A stretch of 64,000 nt of DNA from Eledone cirrhosa (Eukaryota), in assembly GCA_964016885.1 (NCBI GenBank), contig OZ024740.1, forward strand, positions 18,290,001-18,354,000. The letters run 5' to 3'. The position numbers were made by a program, and so were the translations under genes. Under the pieces are notes generated by a model. It saw only the letters and a program-made list of their open reading frames with translations. It was not told the origin of the DNA and searched no databases. Of the stretch, positions 52,305 to 64,000 are shown piece by piece (the stretch's first letter is position 1; each line of letters starts with the position of its first letter).

Positions 52305-52484
52305 CTGATTTGACTGATAATGATGTATTTTTAAAAATTATGTGTACATTCTTGTTACTATTTTAAGGCAATGCAAGCAACAACTATTTAATAAAATTTA
52401 AATTTAAAAATGACCATTGTGCATTACTAGTATGATTACATTTTATTAAGTCACAAAATTAGTCAGTCAGCCATAGAACAAGGA

Positions 52485-53285
52485 TCAGGTGGCAAAAACA
52501 TTGGCAAAAATTTGTGTCAATTTAAGATTTCCAACATTGTTCAAATGAATCATATCTGGTTTGAAGTCAGATTTGTCAAATTTTGACCAATTTTCAATGT
52601 TGTGAAGATTGGGCAAGTTCAATTTTTGAATCATTTCTTTCATGCAGTAATTAAACTTTTCCAAACGAGAATTTCTCTTGCCCAACTCATTTTTATTTTC
52701 AATTACACTTTGTGGACGTGGAATGACACCACTGTAGAAAATGGGTGTACAGTGGTGCTTTTCCGCTATTTTCTGTAGCCTTGCAAAGAGACTCTTGCCC
52801 TGTTTTTCCGGTTTTGTGCCTCGAATGGGCACTTTGTCCTTAATTTACAAATAAATGATTAATAAAAAATACTTGGGCAAAAATTATTGTATTACTTTGC
52901 ACAGCTTTGTAGTGCCAACGGTGCGACGAGGATTCAGATCATTAGAGCCGACATGAACCACCATTACTTTCACAAAAGGACAACAGATAACAACGTTTTT
53001 TGTCCTGCAGGGTGTCCAAGATCACCCTCCTCACCAAGTAAACTTGGTAGGGTATTTTTGTTGGTATGATAAGTAAATACATTTGAATTAATATTTTTAT
53101 ACCTTCTGGTCATTCGATTTCGCCACATTTCTAATTATTGAATCACCCACAATATACTTGAATTGTGGATGATTTTTATTCAAAAGTGCACGGACGACCA
53201 TTAAACAACGGCCATGGAGATTTGTACCATTCCCATTAAATCCTCGCCCCCAAATTGGATTAGGGGTGTCATCGACCAATTGTTG
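52485..53285 (-). pseudogene. Spliced NADAR-like C-terminus + SGNH/GDSL hydrolase fusion gene, disrupted
   Basis: Exon 53285-53103: IWGRGFNGNGTNLHGRCLMVVRALL (NADAR-like) then IVGDSIIRNV (block I). Exon remnant ~52995-52896: VVHVGSND (block III). Phase-0 GT-AG intron 52895-52839. Exon 52838-52485: SGVIPR...DMIHLN (block V). Confidence 0.75.
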
Positions 53286-53329
53286 CTACAAATATTCAAG
53301 AAATGAGCTAGATTCAAATGGTTTTTCCC

Positions 53330-53487
53330 TCAAAAAACGTTTTTTTTTTACCGTTTTTTACTGGTTTTTAATGGTAAAAAAACCGTTTGTAACTTTTTTG
53401 GGAAACTTTTTCAAGTCTGGTAAAAAACGGTTTTTTAACCGTTTTTTACTGGTTTTTTAATGGTAAAAAAACCGTTTGCAACCCTAG
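53330..53487 (-). mobile_element. hAT-like transposon terminus with subterminal AAACGG/AAACCG repeats
   Basis: On - it begins TAGGGTTGCAAACGG, similar to Ac-type TIR starts; internal ~45-bp duplication; no partner end found. Confidence 0.5.
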
Positions 53488-54006
53488 TCACATGTACATA
53501 CAGTCCCCGTGTCACGAAGTTTTGATGCCAGTAGAGGATCATTTTCGAATTTCATTGACAACAGTACCACCATGAGATCAAACTGGATTGATTCCCATTT
53601 GAAATCTCTCTCTTTGCAGAAAGTTGACAATCTATCAAAAAATAGCATTGTAAACTTTAATCAAATATGTATGAAGTGAAATTTTGGTCTGGTTGTTGTC
53701 ATCGGTGTTTCGCAGAGATGCCGGCACGAACAAAGGTGTCAGTGACACAAAGTTGTCCGCTTGAACAAAGGTGTCGGTCCGACAAAGGTGTCAGTCAGAC
53801 AGACAGTCAGACAGTGTCACAGTCGGTGCGACAAAGCGATCGATGCGATTAAAAAAAATTTAACTCAAATGTTTACCTATATTTTAGCAAACTATTGATA
53901 GATTGGTACAAAAAATAGCTTTTATAATAAACATAAATTTTTAACGAAATATTTAAAAAGCATTTTAGCAGTGAAAAGTGAAGTAATGTTTCACACTGAC
54001 GCAAGT

Positions 54007-54131
54007 AGGGCCGTTCAGAAATGACGTAGTCAATTAGGAGGAGGGGATTCAGCGATTTGACTACATTTGACTAACGTAATCACAATCACAAGAGTTCCGC
54101 CGAAAAAAATTCGTCATTTCTGGATGACCCC
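54007..54131. mobile_element. Small MITE
   Basis: Imperfect TIRs GGGCCGTTCAGAAATGACG / CGTCATTTCTGGATGACCC. Confidence 0.55.
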
Positions 54132-54454
54132 GTAGAGAGAGAGAGACTCGTAATTACCCCCCCTTGTTATCTCGGGTCGATTCTCATAGATGCATCAAAT
54201 GCACACAGCGTCACGCTTACTACTGACTCACTTGAACACAAGATTTATCAGCAAACTTTGATTATAAACTTTTTCCCGCTGGACCAAATTTCTAGATTTT
54301 TAAGGCAAAAGATGCGTAATGATCTACTGTTCATGCTCATATAAGTTTTATCTCAGTTAAATAAAGTAGAGCCGCGCTGTACTGTCGTAAACAGACGATT
54401 GACAACGAAAACACGACCACAACAATATTACTAAACGGACTACCGTCCGTTTAG

Positions 54455-56145
54455 GATTAGGTGGTTCGTGGAGACGTTCTCTGGCAATGAACGGAAAAAA
54501 CGAAGATAATACGTCTTCTGCAACGTTTTTCGAAATATTTACTTCTGCGTTCACAGATTTATATTTTTAGTTTCAGAAGATCCCGTTAAGGGTGAAAGCA
54601 GCGATTCTTTGCTTAAACTTTAATCTAATATTTTACTCTCTTAGGTGATTCATAGAGACGTTCTCTGGCAATGAACGAAAAAAAAAGAAAATAAAACGTC
54701 ATATGTGGAGCGTGGAGAACAATTGCACGCAAAGACAAAACCACGCAAATGGTATAACTGAAGTCGTAGACTAAAATTCTAACAAGGAACCCGAATGATT
54801 CTCGGCTTCAGAGTTAAGAATAAAGTAAATAAAATACAGAGGTAATTGAAATTAAATAAATACATACACACAGACGCAAAACTCACGTATACACATAACC
54901 AAAAGCATATGTACCAGAATATATAAAATATACGCCATAACATATACAATCAAATATACGTACGAGAAAGTATACGTACCTTCACAAAACATACAGGTAA
55001 TATATACTTACCTATACAAATAAGTAAAGGTATAAACATAACATATACTTAGCTACCACATCAAGATGTAAAATATCCGCGTATAGATCCGTTAGGGTAT
55101 AATGTGGGGCTGTAATACAGGAAAGTTTTGTGCAATTTATGTTTACAAGCCGAAATTGCCTCAGATTTTTTGTTTAAGATGTGGTCTGTGGCGTAGAGTA
55201 TTTCCAGGGCCTCAGCGGCGCAGAGGTCACATGGTCTTTTATTTCCTTTATACGATCTAGCCCTAGCTAGGATCTCCCAGTGTAACTTATATTGGGTGTG
55301 GTTGTCTTTTAGACTCCAGATATAAGCTGAAAGTGACGTCATATTCCTTCTTAGAGGGTAACGAAAAGAATGGGTATGCATGTAAAGACGCTGCTTGAAT
55401 CTATTGGCGGTTAACCCTATGTAGGCCCTACGGGACGTGAGTGTTTCAACCTTACATTTGTAGACAATGTTACTAGAGAGGCACTTCCCGGATAGGGGCA
55501 ATCAACCCGATTCCTACAATTACAGTTAGTACTAACTACAGGGTTGCACGTGTTCCTACGGCTAGGTAGTTTAGCTAAATTAGAAGCTGTGATGTTAGGA
55601 GTCGTAGAGTAAGAAATTTTAATAGTATTTCTATTAAAAATTTTACTATATTTATGTGTAGGGGGAAAATGCTTCGTAATAAGGGATAGAAAGATCTTAG
55701 CTAATGGCGTGGCCACCTCCATATTATATGGTGGATTATACCATATAATGCGTCGGGATCTATTTCTTCTAAGTCTATTCTCGTACTCTGTATATGCTAC
55801 CTTATCGACAAATCCACTCCGAGCAAGAGCTTCATTGTAATAAGTGGAATGGTCGTTGAAAATATGCTCGTTAGTAGATAGACGGGAAAGCCTCAAAGAA
55901 ACGTTTCTTACCAGGTTCTTGGTTATGCTGGCAGGATGGTTAGAATGCTTACTTATGTAATTAAGCGTATCATTCGGCTTTCTATACGGGTAATACAAGC
56001 CATTCGATAAATTGAGGGTAACGTCGAGGTAATTAACCACCGAGAGGTTGGCCTCAACCTGTATAGAGAGGCTGAAGCCTTTAAAGAAGGCTGTGAGTTC
56101 TTTTCTGAACCTGTTGCAAGCACGTGCGCCGCACTTAGTCAGAGT
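54455..56145 (-). mobile_element. 5'-truncated Naiad-type PLE (RT C-half plus GIY-YIG) with a rearranged pLTR
   Basis: VNYLDVTL, SNHP, WYNPPY, CNCx5CP, IVYK...YIG, CDLC and CKH motifs; frameshift near 55490; duplicated and inverted pLTR pieces at 54460-54780. Confidence 0.88.
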
Positions 56146-59100
56146 CTCGCACAGACGCTGCATGTCAGCGCCATAGGAGGACCTTCGCCGTCTGGAAATG
56201 CAACAGTAATGCCCTTCCTCACATCCCGCTTTACTTTCTCGTATGCGATTCGAGATGCCCCAAAGGCAACTTTTCCCTCATATACAGTCTTTCTCCATTT
56301 ATTACGATCAGCAGCAATATTTTCCCATGTATCAACAGAGATGTTAGCGTCTTTCAAAGAGGCTTTCAACGAATCCTCATACCTCTTTTTTGGTTTATGT
56401 GGAGGTCGTTTCCCTTTAACTAACTCTCCATAAAAGAGTTGTTTTGGTATTCTAGAATCCTTCATCCTGGCAAGGTTACCACTCCAACGGAGTCTTTGCT
56501 TAAGTACAAGAGCCTCTATACTGTCACACAGAGAGATTTCCAAAATCTCGACATCACTGATGTGGTCCCTCCAGTGAACGCCATGGATCCATCTGAGACA
56601 CATCTGATGGAAACGCTCCAATTGCTTAAGGTGGTGTCGATATGTGACCCAGGTCTCGCAGGCATAAAGAAGAGAAGTGAGCACACATGCCTTGTACACC
56701 TTTACCTTTGTCTTCTTGCATATGTCTCGCCGACCCCAGAGTCGCCTCTCTAGCTTTCCGAAAGCATCACTTGCTTTCCTAATCCTGAGTGGAATTTCAT
56801 TATCAAGGTTGCTGTATCGATTGACAGTGCTTCCCAGGTAGACAAACTGATCAACCACTCCAAGTCGTTTACCATACACATACACATAGATATTTGGCTC
56901 ACCACTGTACTGCTTACCAGGGGCAGGCTGGTACATGACGACGGTTTTCTTGAGACTGACAGTCAATCCTAGGGCAGTGAAAACATCAGAAAAAGCATTC
57001 AAAATGTGTTGCATATCACTCTCTGTGTGCGCTACAAGATCGCAATCATCTGCATACAAGAAGTTTCTTATGATTGATGTAAATACTTTTGATTTTGCAG
57101 CAAAGCGCCTGATGTTAAATATGCTGCCTGAGGTTCGATATCGGATGTAAATACCATGCTCGCAATTCCTGAATGCAATATAGAAAACCATTGCAAAGTA
57201 TATGGCAAACAGGGTCGGTGCTGGAATATCTTCCTGTTTCACTCCATTTTTCACTGACATGTTACCTCTGACATTAACCCAAGCCTTCATGTCGTCATGG
57301 AAAGACCTAACCAAAGCAAGGAACTTATCAGGCCAACCAAGTTTCTGGAGAACCTTCCGTAATGCATTTCTGTTAACAATATCGAAAGCTTTTGTCAGAT
57401 CGACAAAAACCTGATACAGATCCAAACCTTGTTCCATGCACTTCTCCTGGAGCTGTCTAGCTGAGAAGATCATATCAGTAGTGCCGCGTCCAGCACGAAA
57501 ACCAAATTGACTTTCAGGAAGAATACAATCTGAAATGTGTGTCAGCAGACGGTCCAGAAGCACCCTACATAAAAGCTTTCCTACGACAGAAAGCAATGAT
57601 ATACCTCTGTAGTTCCCATAATCATTCCTGTTACCCTTTCCCTTGTACAAGACCACCATTACTGCATCTCTCCAGTCCTCAGGTACGGATTCATTAGCCC
57701 ATATCCTTCCAAACAAAGAGTGAAGACGTTGCAGAAGTCTCTCACCACCATATTGTAGGAGCTCTGCATGTATGCCATCCATACTTGGAGACCTTCCACT
57801 GTTGGGTTTCGAGATAGCTATTGCAACCTCCACAAGCGTCGGTGGTTCTGCGAGAGCTACTTTCACAGGTTTTTCAGGAATAAGATTGAGGAAATCTTCA
57901 TTGACGACAGTCGACTGATTCAAAAGTTTATGAAAGTGCTCTCGCCACCTTCGTAGAATTCCTTGTGAGTCACGAAGAAGTTCCTTACCATCCCTGCTAC
58001 AAAGCAATGTCACCAGAGAAGAAGACGTTCCATAAACTTCACGCAAGAGACTGTACAACAGCTTTGTGTTATTGGAATCTGATGCAGCTTGTATCTCATC
58101 AGCCTTTTCACTCCACCACTAATTCTTCATCTAAGAGAGCCTCCGCCTAACACGTGATTTCACATCCTTGAGTACCTTATTCAACATATTCTTCTCCTGT
58201 GGTTTTGCTGCCAAGTAGCGTGACAGAGCACGCCTCTTATCAGCCAACACGACATTTATACGTTCATCATTTTCATTAAACCAGTCTCGATGTTTTCTCT
58301 GCACCAATCCCAGAACACGCCTGCCTACACCATAAATCGACTTTTTAAGGATCGGCCAATCCTCACCAAGATCTGCAACATGCATCTCTTCTTGCAATGT
58401 CCTCTTCACATTTTTATCTCTAAGACGAGCAGCATTCAATCTTCTGGGCAGAGCAACACCAGGAGCCGGGATTTTACATTTAGTGATTAGTGTCTCTCTT
58501 TGAGCGTATCAGGCGGTGGTCCGTCCAGCACTCAGCTCCACGAAGAACACCAACACACTGCACATCCCGTCCGTCAAGCATCCTGACAAGGACGTAGTCC
58601 AAAATATGCCATTCCTTAGATGCAGTATGCATCTATGTGGTCTTAAATTTGTTCTTTTGCTAGAACATGGTGTTAGTAACACACAGATCCAGCTCCTCAC
58701 ACATCTGCAGCAGGAGCATACCATTGTTGTTACACTTTCCCACCTCATGCCTTCCGATTACATTCCATGTGTTAAAATCCCTACCCACTCTAGCATTAAA
58801 GTCACCAAGTACGATAACCTTGTCTACCTGAGGGATATTTCTAATAACACCTTTCAGAGCATGGTAAAAAGACACTTTTTCTTCACCGACAGAATTCATA
58901 GTTGGAGTATACACACTCACCAGGGTCGCATATCTTCCTTTGTCCAGCGGAATTCTCATGGACATAAGACGCTCACTAATCCCCACTCGGAATTCTTCTA
59001 ATTTACCCACAATAGCAGTCTTAACAGCAAATGCTACCCCAGCCTCTCTTCTGGTTCCTTCATCTCTTCCTTTCCAGGAGAATGTATATTCTCCACAAAA

Positions 59101-59670
59101 TTCTGTAAGATGACCATCTCCAGCTAACCTCGTCTCAGCTAAAGCTACGATGTCAAGATCGTAACGTCGAAGCTCCTTTGCAACAAGAGCGGTCCTTCGT
59201 TCAGGACGCTCCAAGGAATCCCTGTCAAACAGCGTCCGTACGTTCCAGCAGCCAATATTAAAGGCCTTGTTTGGCTCTATTACAGTGGCACGATGATGAG
59301 CGAGCCCAGGCTGTGATACCCTGCGCCCCCTGCCCTTATTGCAAATTATCTCTTTTGTTCCAGAACCCTTATTGCTAATTATCTCTTTTATATTGTTTTG
59401 GAAAATCATTGATCTGGGAAAAGAAGTAATAATAATAATAATATTATTAATTAATGCACTCGTGCAATGCCTGTGTGTGAAGAATATTTTTAAAGTGAGG
59501 AAAGACTGTGCACTGAGCCAATCCCACTTTCTGAGCGACAGTAGCTATAACCCGAAAAGAAGAAAAGATCAACATCATCGGTAACTACTGAGCCGCAGGT
59601 TTTATGTCGGTGTTAACCAAGTTTCCTGAGATGCCTTCTCCTAGAAGAATACCCTGAGAAGGGCTAGGGC
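56139..59670 (-). mobile_element. RTE/BovB-like LINE with 5' UTR, APE and RT; 3' end missing
   Basis: CWNVRTL, LAETR and GDFNARVG APE motifs; FVDLTKAFD, LYADD and YLGS RT motifs; several stops and frameshifts; ends inside the C-terminal CxxC at the PLE junction. Confidence 0.92.
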
Positions 59671-59928
59671 TTACATTTACACAAGTCATTACCCTATCTA
59701 GACTAAAGTCACTGACCTGTTGCCAAACTCTCTACTCTGTGTTGAATGTATGTGTGTATATATATATGTATGTATGTGTGTATATATATATCACTCAGTC
59801 AAAACGACCAAATTTCAACCCCAACATCTACAACAACAACATACATACATACGTGCATGCGTGTATATATATATATATACATATATATGATATTAAATAA
59901 ATGGAAACTATATTTATAAAACCATATT

Positions 59929-59994
59929 TATTTCGTTATATATATTTCAGGGATATCATATTAACAATATGTTATGCCTTCTTCAGACAAAATA
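59929..59994 (-). ncRNA. Inverted copy of the pLTR hammerhead ribozyme
   Basis: Reverse complement of 60836-60901. Confidence 0.75.
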
Positions 59995-60487
59995 CAATAT
60001 AAACAGTCTTATAAATAAATAGATAAATAAATCTGTTCTCTATTTCTGCTTGATCGACAATCATGTAGAATAAAGACAAGAATAGTATTGTTAAAATTAA
60101 TATAGACTCTATATATATGTGTATATATACACACATATATGTATACTTGAATTTTTATAGCACAATGAGAATGTTTTCGTGTGAATTGGGAGTTTGTTTA
60201 TAATTATGATATAAACATATGAATTTTTAAAAACTAGACATAAGATCATTACTTTTCACACATTATAGATACATGTCTCATTCATGAATACTGGTATTTA
60301 CATTATAATGCCTGTTTTATACGAACTAATATTTTCTACGGGATAAAACATAGCGGTTTCAAATTCTGCATCGTTTATGTCTGGTTACGTTTCATTTTCT
60401 CTTTTTCATTTTCTCTTTTTTTCTCTCTATATAACGGCTATTTTCTCTCTTAACTACATACATCTCTCTTTACATTAATACTAGAGC

Positions 60488-60530
<43 letters not shown>

Positions 60531-60835
60531 ATGTATCAACCGATACTCAACTTCCTAGTTTCTCTATCTATCTCTATCTATCTCTTTCTTTTTTCCTCTC
60601 TCTATATATATTTCTCTCTGTTTCTTTACATGAAGTTCTTCTCTTTATCTATCTTTCTATATCTCTCTATTTTGTCACATGCATTTCTTCTTTTTCTTCG
60701 TTTCTCTTTCTTTCTCTCTTTATCTCTTTCTTTTTACAACTGTCCACAATATTTTTTACTGCCAAATCAACCTCCCAAATGCAAGGTGATTGAAAGGTAT
60801 GTCGTATCTATTTATTTATAAGACTGTTTATATTG

Positions 60836-60901
60836 TATTTTGTCTGAAGAAGGCATAACATATTGTTAATATGATATCCCTGAAATATATATAACGAAAT
60901 A
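60836..60901 (+). ncRNA. Type I hammerhead ribozyme in the PLE pLTR
   Basis: Stem I TATTTTGT/ACGAAATA; core CTGAAGA (60844-60850); long stem II AGG..CATATT/AATATG..CCT; GAAA (60882-60885); palindromic stem III ATATATAT; AUA cleavage triplet. Confidence 0.8.
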
Positions 60902-61080
60902 AATATGGTTTTATAAATATAGTTTCCATTTATTTAATATCATAAATATACTCCAAATACTTGTTGAGTGCTTTTATATCAGTTATAAATATTTACTCGT
61001 TGTTAACCCAACAATTTAAATATAACTTTCCATGTATCTTGCTCCAATACTGTTGAGCGCTTTATATTATAACTGAAAAA

Positions 61081-63298
61081 ATGGAATTCTTTAAGATTAC
61101 TTCCTCTTTAAAAGACATACCTCTACCTAGAAACAAAGACTTTATAAAACAATTAATAGATAAATCTGACTCTTTTATAAGGAGAATCAGGTGGCGAGCA
61201 TTCCACTTTGATAAATCTAATATAAATGAAAATGTCTCGGACTTAAACAAAGTTTTCAAATCCAAAAGAAATCCACCCCCCAACAAACTTTTATCTGACT
61301 TTGAAAACGATATAATTTCTATCATACAAGGAGTCAAATTTAAGAGAAACTTCAAAGGCCAGGAATATCTGAAAGGCATTAGGGATAATATTGAGAACTT
61401 GGAGAAAACTGAGAAGATCTTGGTAAAATCTGACAAGACCAACAACCTCTATGGAGTGCAGAAAGACATGTATAATGGCCTCATACTAAAAGAACTGAGG
61501 AAAAAGTACAAGGTAGCAGATAAGGCCGAGCTAGGGAAAATGAATGTTGAGGCATCTTGTATAATGCACGAGTTGGAAATCGAGAACAGAACACAACCTT
61601 TCGTGCCCAGGAAACCGAAGATCAATATGAAAGATCATAAGAGAAATTTCGAGAATGACTTGCCAGTCAGATTGATTGCACCATCAAAATCGGACCTGGG
61701 TAAACTAAGCAAAAACATTCTTGACAGGGTGATACAGCAAATTAAAAACTTGAGTTGTCTACCTAACCTGAGCTTGTGGAAGGGAACTGGTGAGGTTGTT
61801 GAGTGGTTTAAGCAAATTAAATATAACAATAATAATAAGTTTATTCAACTTGATATTGCTAACTATTATTCTTCCATTACCCCTAATCTACTAAATAAGG
61901 CACTAAATTACGCATTCAAACATACAGACCTAACTAGCAATGAAATGCACATTATATTATCGGCTAGGAAAACATTGATAGAATTTAATGACCAACTATG
62001 GACCCGAGCAGATAGAGATAACAATTTTGACATTACTATGGGATCATCCGACTCAGCTCAGGTAACTGACCTTGTGGGCTTATTTTTAATCAATTTGCTG
62101 CATAGGAAAATACCTGGTACTACCGGAGGTTTATATAGAGATGACATGCTTTTACTTATTGATAATAATAACTCTGAACTAAATAGAAAAAGAAAACAAA
62201 TTACACAATTTTTTAATCACTTTAATCTAAAAATAGAAATTGAGAATAACCATAGAATAGTCAACTTCCTAGATATAACATTAAATCTCAACACATGTCT
62301 TCACTATCCATTTCACAAGTTGAATGAAAACTTAAACTATGTCAGCTTTAACTCTAACCACCCCAAATCTGTTAAAAATACTATAGTAAACTCTGTTCAA
62401 TCACGTATCTCTAGAATCTCATCTAATAAAAAGATTTTCGACGAAAAAGCCCATTATTACAATGAAGCGTTAGCTAGAGCAGGATATAGTGATAAAATTA
62501 TGTACATAGATAATGATAAACAAATTAAACAAAATAACAACTATTTTAATTATGGCCACAACCTTAACAACTATAATAGAAAGCATTACAATAATTCCAA
62601 AAGCCATAAAAGAAATAGAACTAGGAATATAATATGGTTTGCCCCCCCCCCCTTTCTCACTAAACATTAAAACCCACATTGCTAAACTATTTTTTAAAGC
62701 TCTCGATAATCGCTTCCCTAGAACACATAGGTATCACTCAATTTTCAATAGACATACTATAAAACTAACCTACTCATCCACCAAAAATTTAGCGCAAAAT
62801 ATTAATAGAATAAATAACAGGAACTTAAAACCTAGCGATAATAGCATAAATAATATCCAAGTTAACAAATGTAACTGTAGAGATAGATCTAAATGTCCGT
62901 TAAATAACAACTGCTTAGTTAAAAATATAATATACAACTGTAATGTTAAAACGGGCGTTAATTCTTTTAACTACGTTGGTTCTACATCGACGGAATTTAA
63001 ACTTCGCTATAACAACCACAAGAATTCTTTCACAGATCCATCCAAAAAATCTTCAACAGCACTATCAGGCGTACTCTGGCAACTTAGGCATGATAACGTT
63101 AGATATTCGACGACTTGGAATATAGTTTCAAGGGGGATTCCTTTTAATTCATCCTCTGAGACATGTGACCTCTGTGCGGAGGAGATATTCTTTATACTAA
63201 AATCTAAAAATTCCCTTAATCTACGGACAAATTTATTCAGTTGCTGCAGACATAGATTGAACTCAACGTTTAAATATAAATTTAAATTTAAAATGTAG
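61081..63298 (+). CDS. PLE polyprotein (RT plus C-terminal GIY-YIG endonuclease), one frameshift at a C11 run
   Basis: KSDKT, QLDI, MGS, YRDD, VNFLDI, SNHP; second frame CNCRDRSKCP, IIY...YVG, CDLC, CRH; frames switch at 62642-62652. Confidence 0.9.
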
Positions 63299-64000
63299 TT
63301 ATGTTTGATTTGATTTGTAATTATTTATGAAACTAGCCGATAAATCTTTCGATTTCTTCTTTTTATTAAAACATTCTTTTTATTAAAACATTCTTCATGA
63401 ATAATTAAACTACCCTAAAAGCTGATGCTCCAAATATATCGAATTAAATTTTAAACTAGATAAACTTCTATATTAAATATAAGAACATATGTAAACCAAA
63501 TGGGTATCCTAAACTTTTGGAATGATTTCTGCTAGACAGGATTTGGTAAACAATTTTTGTTTTATCTGTTTCGACTCTGATGCTTATGATGATCTTGGCA
63601 ATATATTGTCAATTAACTTTGAAAGGCTGATCTCTGTGTTTTATTTGTACTATTTTTTAATATTTTTTAATATTTTGTAATATTTTTTATTTTTAATATT
63701 AAATGTTTTAGTTTTCTGTTTATTTATTTATTTTCTTGTCTCTGATATTTTTATTTTTATTTTTATTAATATATTGAAATCTGTTCTCTATTTCTGCTTG
63801 ATCGACAATCATGTAGAATAAAGACAAGAATAGTATTGTTAAAATTAATATAGACTCTATATATATGTGTATATATACACACATATATGTATACTTGAAT
63901 TTTTATAGCACAATGAGAATGTTTTCGTGTGAATTGGGAGTTTGTTTATAATTATGATATAAACATATGAATTTTTAAAAACTAGACATAAGATCATTAC

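Larger units (their letters stand above)
59887..64000 (+). mobile_element. Near-intact Naiad-type PLE: inverted partial pLTR, 5' pLTR, ORF, 3' pLTR (runs off the window)
   Basis: 59887-60025 is the reverse complement of ~60806-60943; 60029-60252 is directly repeated at 63777-64000. Confidence 0.92.

Noticed and set aside
53000-53015. CTGCAG in the inserted repeat as a rescue splice acceptor for the esterase gene
   Set aside because: Splicing from the phase-0 donor at 53102 to this site puts HVGSND out of frame.
62860-63298. Selenocysteine recoding, reported for some Naiad PLEs
   Set aside because: All conserved Cys positions use TGT/TGC here and in the 55-kb copy; no in-frame TGA.

Overview
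Repeat-dominated animal genomic DNA. The SINE types, the (TA)n/(CA)n/(TAA)n load and the LINE mix suggest a cephalopod such as Octopus; this is inference, not a database result. The only host gene I can support is a YAE1-like gene on + (internal exon 3987-4108, terminal exon 7870-8311). Everything else is repetitive or mobile: the 3' end and LTR of a Gypsy element, large mini/microsatellites, two tRNA-derived SINE families, a non-autonomous Helitron, MITEs and RTE LINEs (one with a twin-priming-type inversion). There is also a ~13 kb stack of R4/Dong-like and Tx1-like LINEs in (TAA)n tracts, and two Naiad-type Penelope-like elements (PLEs) with hammerhead-ribozyme (HHR) motifs. The most unusual region is 50.2-54.8 kb. 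Between PLE terminal-repeat pieces lies a compact cassette with tiny AT-rich introns: a disrupted NADAR-like + SGNH/GDSL esterase fusion gene on -, convergent with a small BACK-like ORF on +. All family assignments come from motif recognition by eye; boundaries without TSD or splice support are approximate.
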